This document shows positions 63,945-64,000 of a stretch of DNA of 64,000 nt, in pieces (within the stretch, counting starts at the first letter, position 1; every line of letters begins with the position of its first letter). Under the pieces are notes generated by a model that had not been told where the DNA came from, made no database searches, and was given only the letters and a program-made list of their open reading frames with translations. A program made the position numbers and the translations under genes. This stretch comes from Vicugna vicugna (taxonomy: Eukaryota), in the NCBI GenBank assembly GCA_013265495.1, contig MU058241.1, forward strand, positions 1,055,249 through 1,119,248, written 5' to 3'.

Positions 63945-64000
63945 ATGTATAAAATAGATAAACAGCAAGGACCTACTGTACAGCATAGGGAACTAGATTC
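63945..64000 (+). mobile_element. L1 3'UTR start, cut by the window edge
   Basis: 'tataaaatagataaacagcaaggacctactgtacagcatagggaacta' matches the 3'UTR at ~17650. Confidence 0.8.

Overview
This is mammalian genomic DNA, not microbial. The tRNA-derived SINEs look like the camelid Vic-1 type, the young L1 3' ends fit, and I saw no Alu, B1, BovB/Bov-tA, PRE1 or SINEC, so a camelid (camel, alpaca or llama) is most likely. The window is non-coding and rich in repeats: young and old L1, L2, MIR, MaLR/ERVL/ERV1 solo LTRs, hAT MITEs (MER20, MER58A, MER5) and microsatellites. I cannot support any host protein-coding exon. The only real protein signal in the ORF track is L1 ORF2 C-terminal remnants. L1s lie mostly on the + strand, which suggests an intron of a gene transcribed on the minus strand. 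I found no new biological system. The most interesting structures are two L1 3' ends inside one target-site duplication (TSD), a ~100-nt hairpin, a 30-bp minisatellite inside MER20, a recent 272-bp tandem duplication, GC-shifted repeat copies, a MER41-like LTR with a STAT-type site, nested insertions and a few candidate enhancer/CTCF motifs. Repeat family names come from recall of consensus sequences, and boundaries without a TSD are approximate.
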